From a bacterium (lineage in GTDB: Bacteria > RBG-13-61-14 > DATKZS01), in contig JAWOBU010000005.1 in assembly GCA_046484135.1 (NCBI GenBank), positions 1-38,147 of the forward strand: a stretch of DNA of 38,147 nucleotides, read 5' to 3'. Below, piece after piece: positions 26,078-36,300 of the stretch (position 1 is the first letter of the stretch; every line of letters begins with the position of its first letter). The position numbers and the translations under genes were made by a program. The notes below the pieces were generated by a model, which searched no databases, was not told where the DNA came from, and saw only the letters and a program-made list of their open reading frames with translations.

Positions 26078-27910
26078 TTATTCCACGGTTACGCTCTTTG
26101 CCAGGTTCCGGGGCTGGTCCACGTCGGTCCCGTTGAGTATGGCCACGTGATAGGCCAGAAGCTGGAGCGGCACGCTGAGCAGGATGGGCACAAGCTCGGG
26201 CTCGGTCTCGGGTATGACGATCACGTCGTGGACCTTGTCTTTTACCTTGTCCTCGTCGCCCGGGTTCACCAGGGCTATAATCATGCCGTCGCGTGCGGCG
26301 ACCTCTTCGAGGTTGCTGTAGACCTTCTCGAACATGGCGTTCCTGGTTGCCAGTACCACCACCGGCATTTTTTCGTCCACCAGGGCGATGGGCCCGTGCT
26401 TGAGCTCTCCCGCGGAGTATCCCTCGGCGTGGATGTAGGATATCTCCTTCAGCTTGAGCGCTCCTTCCAGGGCCACCGGGAAGTTGATGCCCCGTCCCAG
26501 GAAGAAGTACCCCGGCTGCTTGTAATACTTGCGGGCGATCTCCTCGATCTGTTCGTTCTGCTTCAATAAGTCCTCGACCAGGGCGGGCACGTGCAGGGCC
26601 GCGGCAAGCAGTCTCTTTACTTCCTCCTGCGGCAGGGTCCCGCGCACGGAAGCCCAGTACAGGGAGAACAGGTACAGGACCATGAGCTGGCAGGTAAAGG
26701 CCTTGGTGGAGGCGACCCCGATCTCGGGTCCCGCCCGGGTATAGATCACGTCGTCGGACTTCCTGGTTATGGAAGAGTCGAGCACGTTGCAGACGGACAG
26801 TACCCGGCAGCCTTTTTGACGGCCTTCCTCGAGCGCGGCCAGGGTGTCCGCGGTCTCGCCGGACTGGCTTATTAGAATAAGAAGGGTGTCCTCGCCCACC
26901 AGCGGGTCCCGGTAGCGGAACTCGGAGGCTATGTCGGTGCGGACCCTGATGCGGGAGAGCTTTTCGATCATGTACTTGCCGGTGAGCCCGGCATGCCAGG
27001 CGGTTCCGCAGGCCACGATGTAAGCGTGGTCCAGCTTGTCCAGTATGTCGGAAGACAAATGGAAGTCCTCGAAAGATATACTGCCGGTGTCCGAATAAAC
27101 CCTTCCCGCCATGGTGTCTGCCAGGGCGCGGGGCTGCTCGAAGATCTCTTTCAACATGAAGTGCTTGTAGCCGCCCTTCTCCGCCATGGCGGGCGACCAC
27201 TGGACCTCGCGGGGCTCGCGGTCTATTACGTTTCCGCGGGCGTCCTTTATGATTACGCCTTCCGGCCGGAGCACCGCGTACTCGTTGTCTTCGAGTGCTA
27301 TGACCTTGCGGGTGTAGTTGATAAGGGCGGGCACGTCCGATGCCACCAGGTTCTCGTCGTCCCCGAGACCGAGGATCATGGGGGAGGCCAGCTTGGCCGC
27401 GATCAAGGTGTCGGGCTCTTCCGCGTTTATGGCCACGATACTGTAAGCTCCGCGAAGCTCGGAGATGGCCTCTCTTACCGCTTCCTCGAATCCCATCCCT
27501 TGGCGAAGGTGGCCGTCAATTACATGGGCTATGACCTCGGTGTCGGTCTCGGAGTTGAACACGCTGCCGTCCGATATAAGGTTCTTTTTTATGTCGGCGT
27601 AGTTCTCGATGATTCCGTTGTGGACCACCGCCACTTTGCCCACCCGATGGGGATGGGCGTTCTCCTCCGAGGGCTTGCCGTGGGTGGCCCACCTGGTGTG
27701 GCCTATGCCCACGGTTCCGCGGAGGGGCCGCTCGACCAGCTCGCACTCGAGCTCGCGGAGCTTGCCCTTGCAGCGCCGGATGTCCAGCTTGCCGTCCGAC
27801 ACCACTGCGATACCTGCTGAGTCATACCCCCGGTACTCGAGCCGCTTCAGGCCGTCCATCAGAACCGGGCAGGACTCCCGCGTGCCTATGTAACCCACTA
27901 TTCCGCACAT
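26078..27910 (-). CDS. glmS: Glutamine--fructose-6-phosphate aminotransferase
   Basis: MCGIVG, LEYRGYDSAG, GHTRWATHG, SQSGETADT, PRNLAKSVTVE. Confidence 0.98.
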   Translation of the reverse strand: MCGIVGYIGTRESCPVLMDGLKRLEYRGYDSAGIAVVSDGKLDIRRCKGKLRELECELVERPLRGTVGIGHTRWATHGKPSEENAHPHRVGKVAVVHNGIIENYADIKKNLISDGSVFNSETDTEVIAHVIDGHLRQGMGFEEAVREAISELRGAYSIVAINAEEPDTLIAAKLASPMILGLGDDENLVASDVPALINYTRKVIALEDNEYAVLRPEGVIIKDARGNVIDREPREVQWSPAMAEKGGYKHFMLKEIFEQPRALADTMAGRVYSDTGSISFEDFHLSSDILDKLDHAYIVACGTAWHAGLTGKYMIEKLSRIRVRTDIASEFRYRDPLVGEDTLLILISQSGETADTLAALEEGRQKGCRVLSVCNVLDSSITRKSDDVIYTRAGPEIGVASTKAFTCQLMVLYLFSLYWASVRGTLPQEEVKRLLAAALHVPALVEDLLKQNEQIEEIARKYYKQPGYFFLGRGINFPVALEGALKLKEISYIHAEGYSAGELKHGPIALVDEKMPVVVLATRNAMFEKVYSNLEEVAARDGMIIALVNPGDEDKVKDKVHDVIVIPETEPELVPILLSVPLQLLAYHVAILNGTDVDQPRNLAKSVTVE

Positions 27911-27935
27911 CTTGTTAACCCTTTTTACAGCTCTT

Positions 27936-29099
27936 TCATAAGTTCGAGCTTTTGACCTTGCCTTGGGTGGAATCGAACCCCGGGCCGGTTTTTACGCTCT
28001 GGCTTTTGTTTTCCTTGTTTTTATTTTTTATAAGGAATATCTTTTTATCCGGCAGGCATTTATCGAGCCTTTGTTGGGCACTGATGCAGAACTGGGGAGA
28101 CAGGTCAATGCCGATGAATCTTCTTTTCATTCTTTTGGCTGCGGCGCAGGTTGCGCCGGTGCCGTTGAAGGGGTCGAGCACTATATCTCCGGGGAAGCGC
28201 TTGTCATCGGCTTCGAACTTGGCAAAGGTATACATGGTAATCAGCCGGTTGGGGACACTCTCGGGAAACGGCGCCGGATGGGTGGCCCTTTTCACGTCCT
28301 CCGGGTACAAAGGCCATACCTGTCGGGTCAGGTCCATCCATTCCTTTTCCGTAACCCGGCTTTCTTCTTTTATTTCTTTTTCGATCCGGCGGGGCTTTCC
28401 CTTTTTGACGAACACGTTTATAAACTCGATGGTGTTCTGCTCGTAAAGATTGGGAGGATAGGGATACGAACCGAACATCTTCTCCGTGGTCTGCTTCTGC
28501 CAGATATAAAGGCTGAAGCGCTCGAGGTCCAGGTGTTTAAGTATGACGGCTTCGATGTCGTTGTTAATGTTTTTCAGGTGCCGGGTGTGCTGGTTTGCCA
28601 GGACCTTCTTGGAGATGGGCATTACCGGCGCTTCAATGCAGAGCTTTCCGTTGGGGCAGAGGACCCTTTCACACTCTCTCCATACCCTGAGAAGCTGCAT
28701 TAAATACTCGTCATAATCACAAAACCCCAGTTGTCCTTGAAAGCCGTAATCAATCACGTTCCAGTAAGGAGGGCTGGTTATGATACAGTTTACGGACTCG
28801 TCCGGAAGCGATTTCAGCGCTTGTTCCGCGTCCGCACATATAATCCGGTCCGCGACCTCTTCTATATCGGCAAGGCGGTCATCAAGAGGATTCTTTCTCC
28901 AGTCCAGGATGCCGAGGCGGGACAGTCGAGCGTCCGGATCGCCGGCCGGGTTCGGTATAAAGCGCCGCAGCGCGGGATCATCCTTGGTGGGAGCTTTGGC
29001 TTCTATTCGATCTTTCCCGGCTTCTTCGAAAAGCTCGACATTCATGTAAGACGAGGATGTTTTCCGGTCCCTTTTATGTCTGGAGCCATGGTTTGACAT
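27936..29099 (-). CDS. Beta-class amino DNA methyltransferase (probably N4-cytosine), orphan
   Basis: ITSPPYW precedes HPAPFP and DPFNGTG; start uncertain (29135 TTG, 29099 or 29045 ATG). Confidence 0.9.
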   Translation of the reverse strand: MSNHGSRHKRDRKTSSSYMNVELFEEAGKDRIEAKAPTKDDPALRRFIPNPAGDPDARLSRLGILDWRKNPLDDRLADIEEVADRIICADAEQALKSLPDESVNCIITSPPYWNVIDYGFQGQLGFCDYDEYLMQLLRVWRECERVLCPNGKLCIEAPVMPISKKVLANQHTRHLKNINNDIEAVILKHLDLERFSLYIWQKQTTEKMFGSYPYPPNLYEQNTIEFINVFVKKGKPRRIEKEIKEESRVTEKEWMDLTRQVWPLYPEDVKRATHPAPFPESVPNRLITMYTFAKFEADDKRFPGDIVLDPFNGTGATCAAAKRMKRRFIGIDLSPQFCISAQQRLDKCLPDKKIFLIKNKNKENKSQSVKTGPGFDSTQGKVKSSNL

Positions 29100-29178
29100 A
29101 GTGATTTTTATAACATCCGGCTTAAGGGTTTGCAACAGCCCTGAACATTGCTTTCGAGCTGAGGATAAAAGACAAAGA

Positions 29179-30579
29179 TCATTTTTTAGTTTTTTTACTG
29201 CCCGCTTTCGCTGACTTCTTTTTGACCCAGTCTTCTTTTATGAGCTGGGGCGCGCGGGTCATGGACAGGGCGCCGGGAGGAACGTCCTCGGTAATGGTGG
29301 ACCCGGAGCCGATGTAAGCGCCCTTGCCGATGGTTACCGGCGCCACCGTCTGGGTGTCCGATCCCACGAACGCGTCGTCCTCGACTACGGTCTTCCACTT
29401 GTCCGTGCCGTCGTAGTTGCAGGTTATAAACCCGCAACCTATGTTCACCCGTCTTCCGATGTCAGCATCCCCCACGTAAGATAAGTGCGATATCTTGGCC
29501 CCCTCGCCTATGTGGGCCTTCTTGGTCTCGACAAAGTTGCCGATCTTGGCCTCCTTGCCTATTACCGAGCCCGGCCGGATATGGGCCATGGGACCCACCT
29601 GGGCGCCGGTCTTTACAGTGCAGTCCTCGAGTACCGATCCCGTCTTGATCCGGCCCTTCTCTTCAACCACCGTGTTTGTCAGCCGGGTGTTCATCTCGAT
29701 CACCGCGCCTTTGCCGATCCGGGTGGTGCCCGAAAGCCGGGCCCCCGGCTCGATTACCGCGTCCGCTTCTATCTTTACCGCGGGCTCGATGTGGACGCTC
29801 TCGGGCGACTGTATGGTAACTCCCGCGTTGCAATGCTCCTGGTTGATCCTTTCTTTAAGGATGCCTTCCACTCGGGCCAGCTCCCACTTCGAGTTGATGC
29901 CCAGGACCTCGCAGGGGTCCCCCACCTTGGCGGCCGGGACCTTCCGGCCCTGTTTTACCGCCATCTCCACCAAATCGGTAAGGTAGTACTCCTTCTGGCG
30001 GTTGTCGTTTCCGAGCTTTTTCAGGTTGTCCTTCAAGAACTCCATCCGGTAGCAGTAGAGGCCCGGGTTGGCTTCCTTTATCTTTCGCTGTGAGGGAGTG
30101 CAGTCCTTGTGCTCGACTATGCCCTGCACGCGGCCGCCCTCGTCGCGCAGAATCCTGCCGTAGCCCCCCGGGTCTTCCATCTCGACCGTAAGAAGGCTCA
30201 TCTCTGCTTTGCGCTTCCGGTGCAGTTTGACGAGCTCCTTCAAGGTGTCCGAGCGCAGACAGGGGCCGTCCCCGTAGATCACCAGCACGTCGCCTTGAAA
30301 GCCCTTGAGAGCGGGCATGGCGGACATGAGGGCGTGGCCGGTGCCCTTCTGCTCTTTCTGCAAGGCAAAGCTTACATCTTTTGCTTTAATCGCAGCCTTG
30401 ACCTCTTCTGCCTGTACGCCCACCACCACCACCGTCTTCTCCGGTTTCAGAGACCGGGCGACCTTGAGGGGGTAGCTCACCATGGGCCGTCCGAGGAGCG
30501 GGTGCAGTACCTTGGCCCGGCCCGACTTCATCCTTTTGCCCTCTCCAGCGGCAAGTATAACTACGGCAAGGTTTTTCAT
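29179..30579 (-). CDS. glmU: Bifunctional UDP-GlcNAc pyrophosphorylase / glucosamine-1-phosphate acetyltransferase
   Basis: LAAGEGKRMKS, Q.GTGHA, EYYLTD, hexapeptide repeats, GNFVETK, HLSYVGD, CNYDG. Confidence 0.97.
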   Translation of the reverse strand: MKNLAVVILAAGEGKRMKSGRAKVLHPLLGRPMVSYPLKVARSLKPEKTVVVVGVQAEEVKAAIKAKDVSFALQKEQKGTGHALMSAMPALKGFQGDVLVIYGDGPCLRSDTLKELVKLHRKRKAEMSLLTVEMEDPGGYGRILRDEGGRVQGIVEHKDCTPSQRKIKEANPGLYCYRMEFLKDNLKKLGNDNRQKEYYLTDLVEMAVKQGRKVPAAKVGDPCEVLGINSKWELARVEGILKERINQEHCNAGVTIQSPESVHIEPAVKIEADAVIEPGARLSGTTRIGKGAVIEMNTRLTNTVVEEKGRIKTGSVLEDCTVKTGAQVGPMAHIRPGSVIGKEAKIGNFVETKKAHIGEGAKISHLSYVGDADIGRRVNIGCGFITCNYDGTDKWKTVVEDDAFVGSDTQTVAPVTIGKGAYIGSGSTITEDVPPGALSMTRAPQLIKEDWVKKKSAKAGSKKTKK

Positions 30580-30681
30580 GTGTTCAACTCTCCCGGGATT
30601 TGATCAGTATAGTACAGGAGTCCCGGCTTTTCCAGGTTTTCTCCGGCCCGGCCGCCATCCGTGCGACCGCCTGGTTACTCT

Positions 30682-32058
30682 TCACTGCGCAGTGTAGCCC
30701 AGCGACTTCAGCTTCTTTATAACCTCCGGCGAGGCCGTATCCAGCGGCGGCGGCACCGGCGATATCTTCATCCTCTTTTCAAGCTCTTTTTGTAAAGCCG
30801 CCTTACGGCTGGAGTATCTTTCATCTCCGGCGAGGTTCTTTTGTTCTCCCGGATCGCGGGACAGATTATAAAGCTCTTCTTGTGCTCCGGTTATGTTCAG
30901 GATGTACTTATAATCTCCCCTGGTCAAAGAGTACATAACGTCCTTTTGGTAAACGCGGCCCATAACACGCATGCTGAACTTGTTCTGGGACTCGGCGTAA
31001 GCCGGCCGGTCCTTGATGTCTCTTCCGCTCTTCATGGCTGGCACCAGGCTCTTGCCGTCCGTTTGCTGCGGGTCCCGGACGCCCAGGAGGTCGAGTATGG
31101 TGGGCATGATGTCTATGCTCCGCACTCGTCCGGAGACTCGTTTCCCTTCCATGCCGGGCACCCGGAAGATAAGAGGAAGAAGGACCTGCTCCTGGTAGAG
31201 GATGCCGTGGGTCCAGAAATCGTGGTCCCCCAGTCCCTCGCCGTGGTCAGCCACAATGACGATCAGGGTGTTTTCGTAAAGGCCCTGGTCGCGGAGCCAG
31301 TCCACCACCTTGCCGAGCTCCCGGTCCATGAAACGTATCTCGCCGTCGTACAGGTCGCGCAGGTACTCTTTTCTGCCGGCTTCTTCCGGGCCGGTCTCCG
31401 GCCGGAACTCCTCCGGCGGAAGAAGTATGGGGTCATGGGGATCAAAGTAATGGACCCATACAAAGAAGTTTTGCCGGTGGTGTTCGAAAAGCCATTTCAA
31501 GGCGCTTTTGGTAGTCGCGTCCGCCCGTCTCTGGCAGGTCCCGGTATCCACCATCCCGCCTTTACCCACTGCTTTTTGGGGGTGTTTGCATTGGAACTCT
31601 TCGTCAAACATCCGAAAGCCCCGGTCCAGGCCGTAGCGGCGGGATACCGGGAAGGCGCTTACAAAAGCCGCGGTGTTGTAGCCCTCTTTTTCCAGCGCCT
31701 GAGCCAGGGTAACGGTATCATGGTTCATGACGAGGTCCTCGGTGCCGTGCATGGACCGGAGTCCGTGGTGGTAAGGGTACATGCCGGTAAAGATGGACGC
31801 GTGGGACACCGGGGTTATGGACGAGCAGGAGGCGCAGTTCTCGAACAGGACCCCTTGGCGGGCCACCTTGTCAATCGCGGGCGTGGTCTCTTTTTCGTAC
31901 CCGTAGCAGGAAAGCCGGTCTGCACGGGTGGTGTCAAGGGTAAAAACGACCAGGTTTTTTATCTCGTCCTTTTTATCATCACAGCGCGCTGCCGGCCCGG
32001 CAAGAACAAAAAGGAGCAGAACGGCAAGCAAGAAGGTGTTGGTTTTCTTTCTTTTCAT
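30682..32058 (-). CDS. Exported sulfatase-like hydrolase (alkaline phosphatase superfamily)
   Basis: Signal peptide; DTTRAD, TPVSHASIFTG, HYFDPH, ADHGE, ELYNL..DPGE, LKSLGY. Confidence 0.88.
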   Translation of the reverse strand: MKRKKTNTFLLAVLLLFVLAGPAARCDDKKDEIKNLVVFTLDTTRADRLSCYGYEKETTPAIDKVARQGVLFENCASCSSITPVSHASIFTGMYPYHHGLRSMHGTEDLVMNHDTVTLAQALEKEGYNTAAFVSAFPVSRRYGLDRGFRMFDEEFQCKHPQKAVGKGGMVDTGTCQRRADATTKSALKWLFEHHRQNFFVWVHYFDPHDPILLPPEEFRPETGPEEAGRKEYLRDLYDGEIRFMDRELGKVVDWLRDQGLYENTLIVIVADHGEGLGDHDFWTHGILYQEQVLLPLIFRVPGMEGKRVSGRVRSIDIMPTILDLLGVRDPQQTDGKSLVPAMKSGRDIKDRPAYAESQNKFSMRVMGRVYQKDVMYSLTRGDYKYILNITGAQEELYNLSRDPGEQKNLAGDERYSSRKAALQKELEKRMKISPVPPPLDTASPEVIKKLKSLGYTAQ

Positions 32059-32234
32059 GGCTTTCTAGGTTTCTACCGGCCGGGCGGCCGAGGCCGGTCC
32101 CTGCTTTGGAAAAATAGCAAGCTCTTGCCTGGAGGGCAAACCCTAATGAAGGGCCGCAAGGATATTGCTTGTTTTATAGAGGAGGCTGTTGTAATTTGGA
32201 TATTCACCTGGTCGGTATATGTTAGGGGGACAAT

Positions 32235-33122
32235 ATGAACAAAAAGGTATGCATTGTTATTGCCGTGGTAATGGGAGTTGTTTTCGGCGCTGCTCTTTTG
32301 CACGCTGCAAAGCCTGATTGTGACGCGCTTATCAAGAAGTCGGAGAAGCTTTGGCTCGAGCGCGACTTTGACGGAAGCGACAAGGTCCTGGAAAAGGCAA
32401 AGCAGCAGTGCCCGGACCGGGCGGAGATTTACTGGCGCAAGGCCAGGAACGACTACGACCGCATGGAGAACCTTGACCGGGACCAGAAGCCGGGCAAGGA
32501 GGAGCGGATCGAGTATTACCGGAATATGGAGTCGCTGGCCGAGAAATGCATCGAGCTCGAGCCGGAAAACGGCGACTGCCGGCTGTGGAAGGGCATCAGC
32601 ATGGGCAGGCGTGGGACCTCCCAGGGCATCCTGCAGGCCCTTTCCGAGGCTGACCAGGTAGAGGAGGCGTTTCTAAAAGCCATCGAGCTGAAGCCGACCT
32701 ACTGCGCCAGGGACGGGAGCGCCAACTCGCTGGGAGACGCTTATAACGCTTTGGGCCAGTTTTACCGGGTGCTTCCGGAGTGGCTTTGCACCTTCGGCAT
32801 CAGGCAACTGGTGGGGACCTGCGGCGACATTGACAAGTCGGTCGAGTACCAGCGAAAGGCGGTGGCCCGCGAGCCCGAGCGGATCGAGTACGTAAAGGAG
32901 CTCGGCGTAAGCCTTGTCTGCCGGGGCCAGAAGCGGGAAAATCCCGAGGATATAAAAGAGGGAAGAAAGTATCTTAAAAAAGTACTCGAGCTTCCGGAAA
33001 TAAAACATACCGATCCCATAGACAAGAAGCATGCGCAGATGATACTTTCGGACCCCTCCCTGGCCTGCGGTTACTCGAGGGACGCCCAGCAGGAGCAAAG
33101 CAGGGACGCTTACGAAGATTAG
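32235..33122 (+). CDS. Exported TPR-like helical protein, Cys-rich
   Basis: Signal peptide; WR.AR, A.K.IEL.P, A...LG..Y..LP repeats. Confidence 0.8.
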   Translation: MNKKVCIVIAVVMGVVFGAALLHAAKPDCDALIKKSEKLWLERDFDGSDKVLEKAKQQCPDRAEIYWRKARNDYDRMENLDRDQKPGKEERIEYYRNMESLAEKCIELEPENGDCRLWKGISMGRRGTSQGILQALSEADQVEEAFLKAIELKPTYCARDGSANSLGDAYNALGQFYRVLPEWLCTFGIRQLVGTCGDIDKSVEYQRKAVAREPERIEYVKELGVSLVCRGQKRENPEDIKEGRKYLKKVLELPEIKHTDPIDKKHAQMILSDPSLACGYSRDAQQEQSRDAYED

Positions 33123-33153
33123 CTTTCGCAGGGCATGTATGTTTAGAGTTTTG

Positions 33154-33282
33154 TCACGCCAAGGCGCGAAGCCGCAAAGGGAAATCAGAGTTCCTTTTCA
33201 CTCGGAAGTCAACAGAAGAAGTTTCTATAGCAGGGTGGCGTATCATTTTGTTTTTACTTGGCGTCCTTGCGGCTTTGCGTGA
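33154..33282. repeat. Inverted pair of 8-nt-periodic REP-like ends
   Basis: TCACGCCAAGGCGCGAAGCCGCAAAG and CTTGGCGTCCTTGCGGCTTTGCGTGA. Confidence 0.65.
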
Positions 33283-33320
33283 AATAATATCCTGTTTCTT
33301 AATCAGTCGGGGAGGGTCTT

Positions 33321-36300
33321 ATGCGAGTCATTCGTAATGTGGTTCTTTTTTCGGTTTTTATTTCTCTTTTTATGGTGTCTGCTCCGGGCTCGGTCTCGCC
33401 CGCGTTTCGGGGCAAGAGCGACGTGCCTTACAAGGTTTACGTGATCCTGGGGATGCACGCGAACTTTTATCACTCCTGGCGGGGCGACACTCCTGACGAG
33501 GCGGGCTTCGGCACCGACATCCGGGTGGTGCGGGAGGTCCTCCGGATGCTGGACGAGGCGAACGCTAAGGGCCTGGACGCCCGGGCTTACTGGGAGGGCG
33601 AGAGCCTTTTCACCTTCGAGGACATCATACCGAACTATGCACCAGACATCATCAGGGACATCCGGCGACGGATCGAAGCCGGCCACGACGAGTTCATGCC
33701 GGCGCCATACTCGAACACGCTTTTCAGCGCGCTTACCGAAGACGAGATGCGGTCGGTGGTCCGCTGGTCCGTATCCAACCCGTGGGGCTCGGGCGCCAAG
33801 GACCTGTTCGGGGATTACGTGCCCTTCACCAGGCCGCAGGAAGGCATGGGTACCACCGGCCAGGTACCTGTGCTCCTGGACGAGGGGATGGAAGGACTGG
33901 TCTACGCTTATTCGAACTACTCGTTTACCACCTTTTCCAACTTCGTAAAGCCGCTTCCGCCCGAACAACGCTACGGGTTGACCTGGATGAGGATGCAAGA
34001 AGGCGGCCCGAGGATCAAGCTCTTCCCCTGCGTGTCAGCCGCGGACGTGGTGAACTTCATATCCATGGAAAAATGGCTCCTGAAGCTCCGGAAGATGCAA
34101 ACCACCGGCAAGGTAAAAAAGGACCTGGTGATCCACATCAACTTTGACGCGGATGCAGAGACCTGGCTGCCCATGCTGCCTCCGCCGCTTTCCGGCTTTC
34201 CCAACGCCGGCGGCCTTCCCGAGTACATAAAGGACGTGAACAAGTACGAGTGGGCCGAGTTCACCGTCCCGAGCGAGTACCTGGCCGAGCACGAGCCGGT
34301 AGGCGAGGTCCTGATAAAGCAGGACCTGGCTGACGGCGGCTGGGACGGCAACTACTCGTGGGCCGAGAAGTACCCGAGCCACATGATCTGGACCGATCTC
34401 GAGAAGTCCAGGCTTTATACCAGGCACGCGGAAGCGCTCATGAAAGAAGCGCCCGACCAAGATATAAAGAAAGCGGACGATCTGCTCTACAACGGCAGGG
34501 ACTCGAGCTTCTTCCAGAGACTGCGAGGTCTGTCCACTACCCATTTTGGAATGAGCACGCCCTTGGTGAACGAACAAAGACAGGCCGTCGCGGAAAAAGT
34601 AGTGCATGAAACAAGGGACTATGCCGACCGGGCAAGGCGCCTCCTGGCCGAGGCCGTACCCGCGCCGGAACAAAAAGACACAGACCTTCTCTACTCCTTC
34701 CGGCTGGAAGCGCCGCCCGAAGATAAAAACAAAGGCCTGCGGGAGAGGACGGCCCGCAACGTGCTCCGCCTGCCGGTGGTGCTGGATGCGCCCCTGCCGG
34801 GCTTGAAGCTACTGGACGGAGACGGCAAAGAGCTCGACTTCTCCCTGGTGGACGTAGAAGACCTGGACCGGGGCAGAGTGAAGGCGGAACTCCTGGCGGT
34901 CATGGAGCTTGCGCCCGGCGAGTCCAAAAACCTCGAGCTCCGAAAGACCGGCGAACAAGGGCCCGAGAGTCCGGCAGAGCAGACTTCCGAGCTCGAGAAC
35001 GACAGGCTCTCGCTTAACCTGGACGAGAAAGACGGCGTACAGAGCCTTAAAGTGGACGGCGTGGAAGTGGGCGGCCCTGAGTTCCTCTCCCACTTCATCA
35101 CCTATCGGACGGACAAGGAAGGGAAGAGCTATTACGAAAGTGCGTACCAGCGGCTTGACCTTTCGAGAGAGCGCCGGCAGGGAATGGAGCGGGCCGGCCT
35201 AGCCACCGAGGTCCCCTTCCGGACGCCGCACGGCGAGGCTGTCGCCTCTATCGAGATCAGGTTCACCCTGCCTGATGATGCTCCGTGGCTTCTGGCCGAC
35301 GTCGAGGTTAATTATCCTTACACCAAAAAGGAGGACATCATCCATACCATGCAACAGAAGCTCAGGCGTTACCTGGACCTGGACTGGATCGAGGTCGCGC
35401 CCTTCCAGCTCCACCCGGTACTGGACTCGTCCCGCGCAGACCCGGTCCGGGTGTGGAAGCACAACTGGCTGGATGTAACCTCCTATTACGACATGAACTA
35501 CGCAAAGATTAACCCGGAAAACAACGAGTGGGACTCCATGAACCACCAGGTGACCGCAGGATGGGTCGCGGTCTCCGACCAAAGCAAGGGGCTTCTCATA
35601 GGCCAGAACGCAGAGGTCCTCTCATCGTACGCCTTTGCACCCATGCGGCTCCGGGAGGACAAGAACAAAAACCAGAAGCTGTGGATAAACCCCTTCGGGT
35701 CGTATCACGGTGAGCAGATGGACTACTCGCATCTCGGCGGCACCGGCGTAGGCTCTGATATAGCGAACATGGCCTCTGCCGCGCTCCGGCCCAACGGCCC
35801 GAGCTATAACGGCAAGAGCGAAAGCTTTTCACTTATCTTGGCGCCATATAAAGGGGACCAGCCTCCCAAGGCTCTCCAGGAGGACGCCGAGGCCTTCTTT
35901 TATCCGCCCGCGGTGGTGTATACCAAAACCCCCGACGGGGTGGACGCCAGCTTCAAAGAGGACGTACACAAGCTGGTGGAAAAGGTCCGCATCAGGCAGG
36001 CCAGAAAAGCCACGGGACCGATTCCCGAGCCGCGGGCCTTCCTCGTAAACCCCACTGAAAAAGCCGCGGACGTGGTGTGGGACCAGCCGCCCGACCCCAG
36101 GGTGGAAGGCTATGAGATCCAATATAAAAAGGAAGACGAAACATCCTGGAAGACCGTAAAGACCGGGCCCGGCCGCCGACACCATATCGAGCCGCTCCAA
36201 AACGAGGAGGACTACCTCTTCCGCATGCGCTCTGCGGGCATGGGCAAAAAGAGCGACTGGACCGAAACCATCGAGTGCGAAATCGGCCCGGTGGAAACCG

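Noticed and set aside
27911..27935. glmS ribozyme
   Set aside because: Only 25 bp lie upstream of glmS; no room or motif
27960..27990. tRNA T-loop-like GGTTCGATTCC on the minus strand
   Set aside because: T-stem does not pair, no cloverleaf, and it lies inside the MTase coding frame
30841..32238. 465-aa plus-strand ORF, and similar long alternative-frame ORFs (26067-27200, 22915-23862, 20706-21767)
   Set aside because: High-GC shadow frames over well-supported genes
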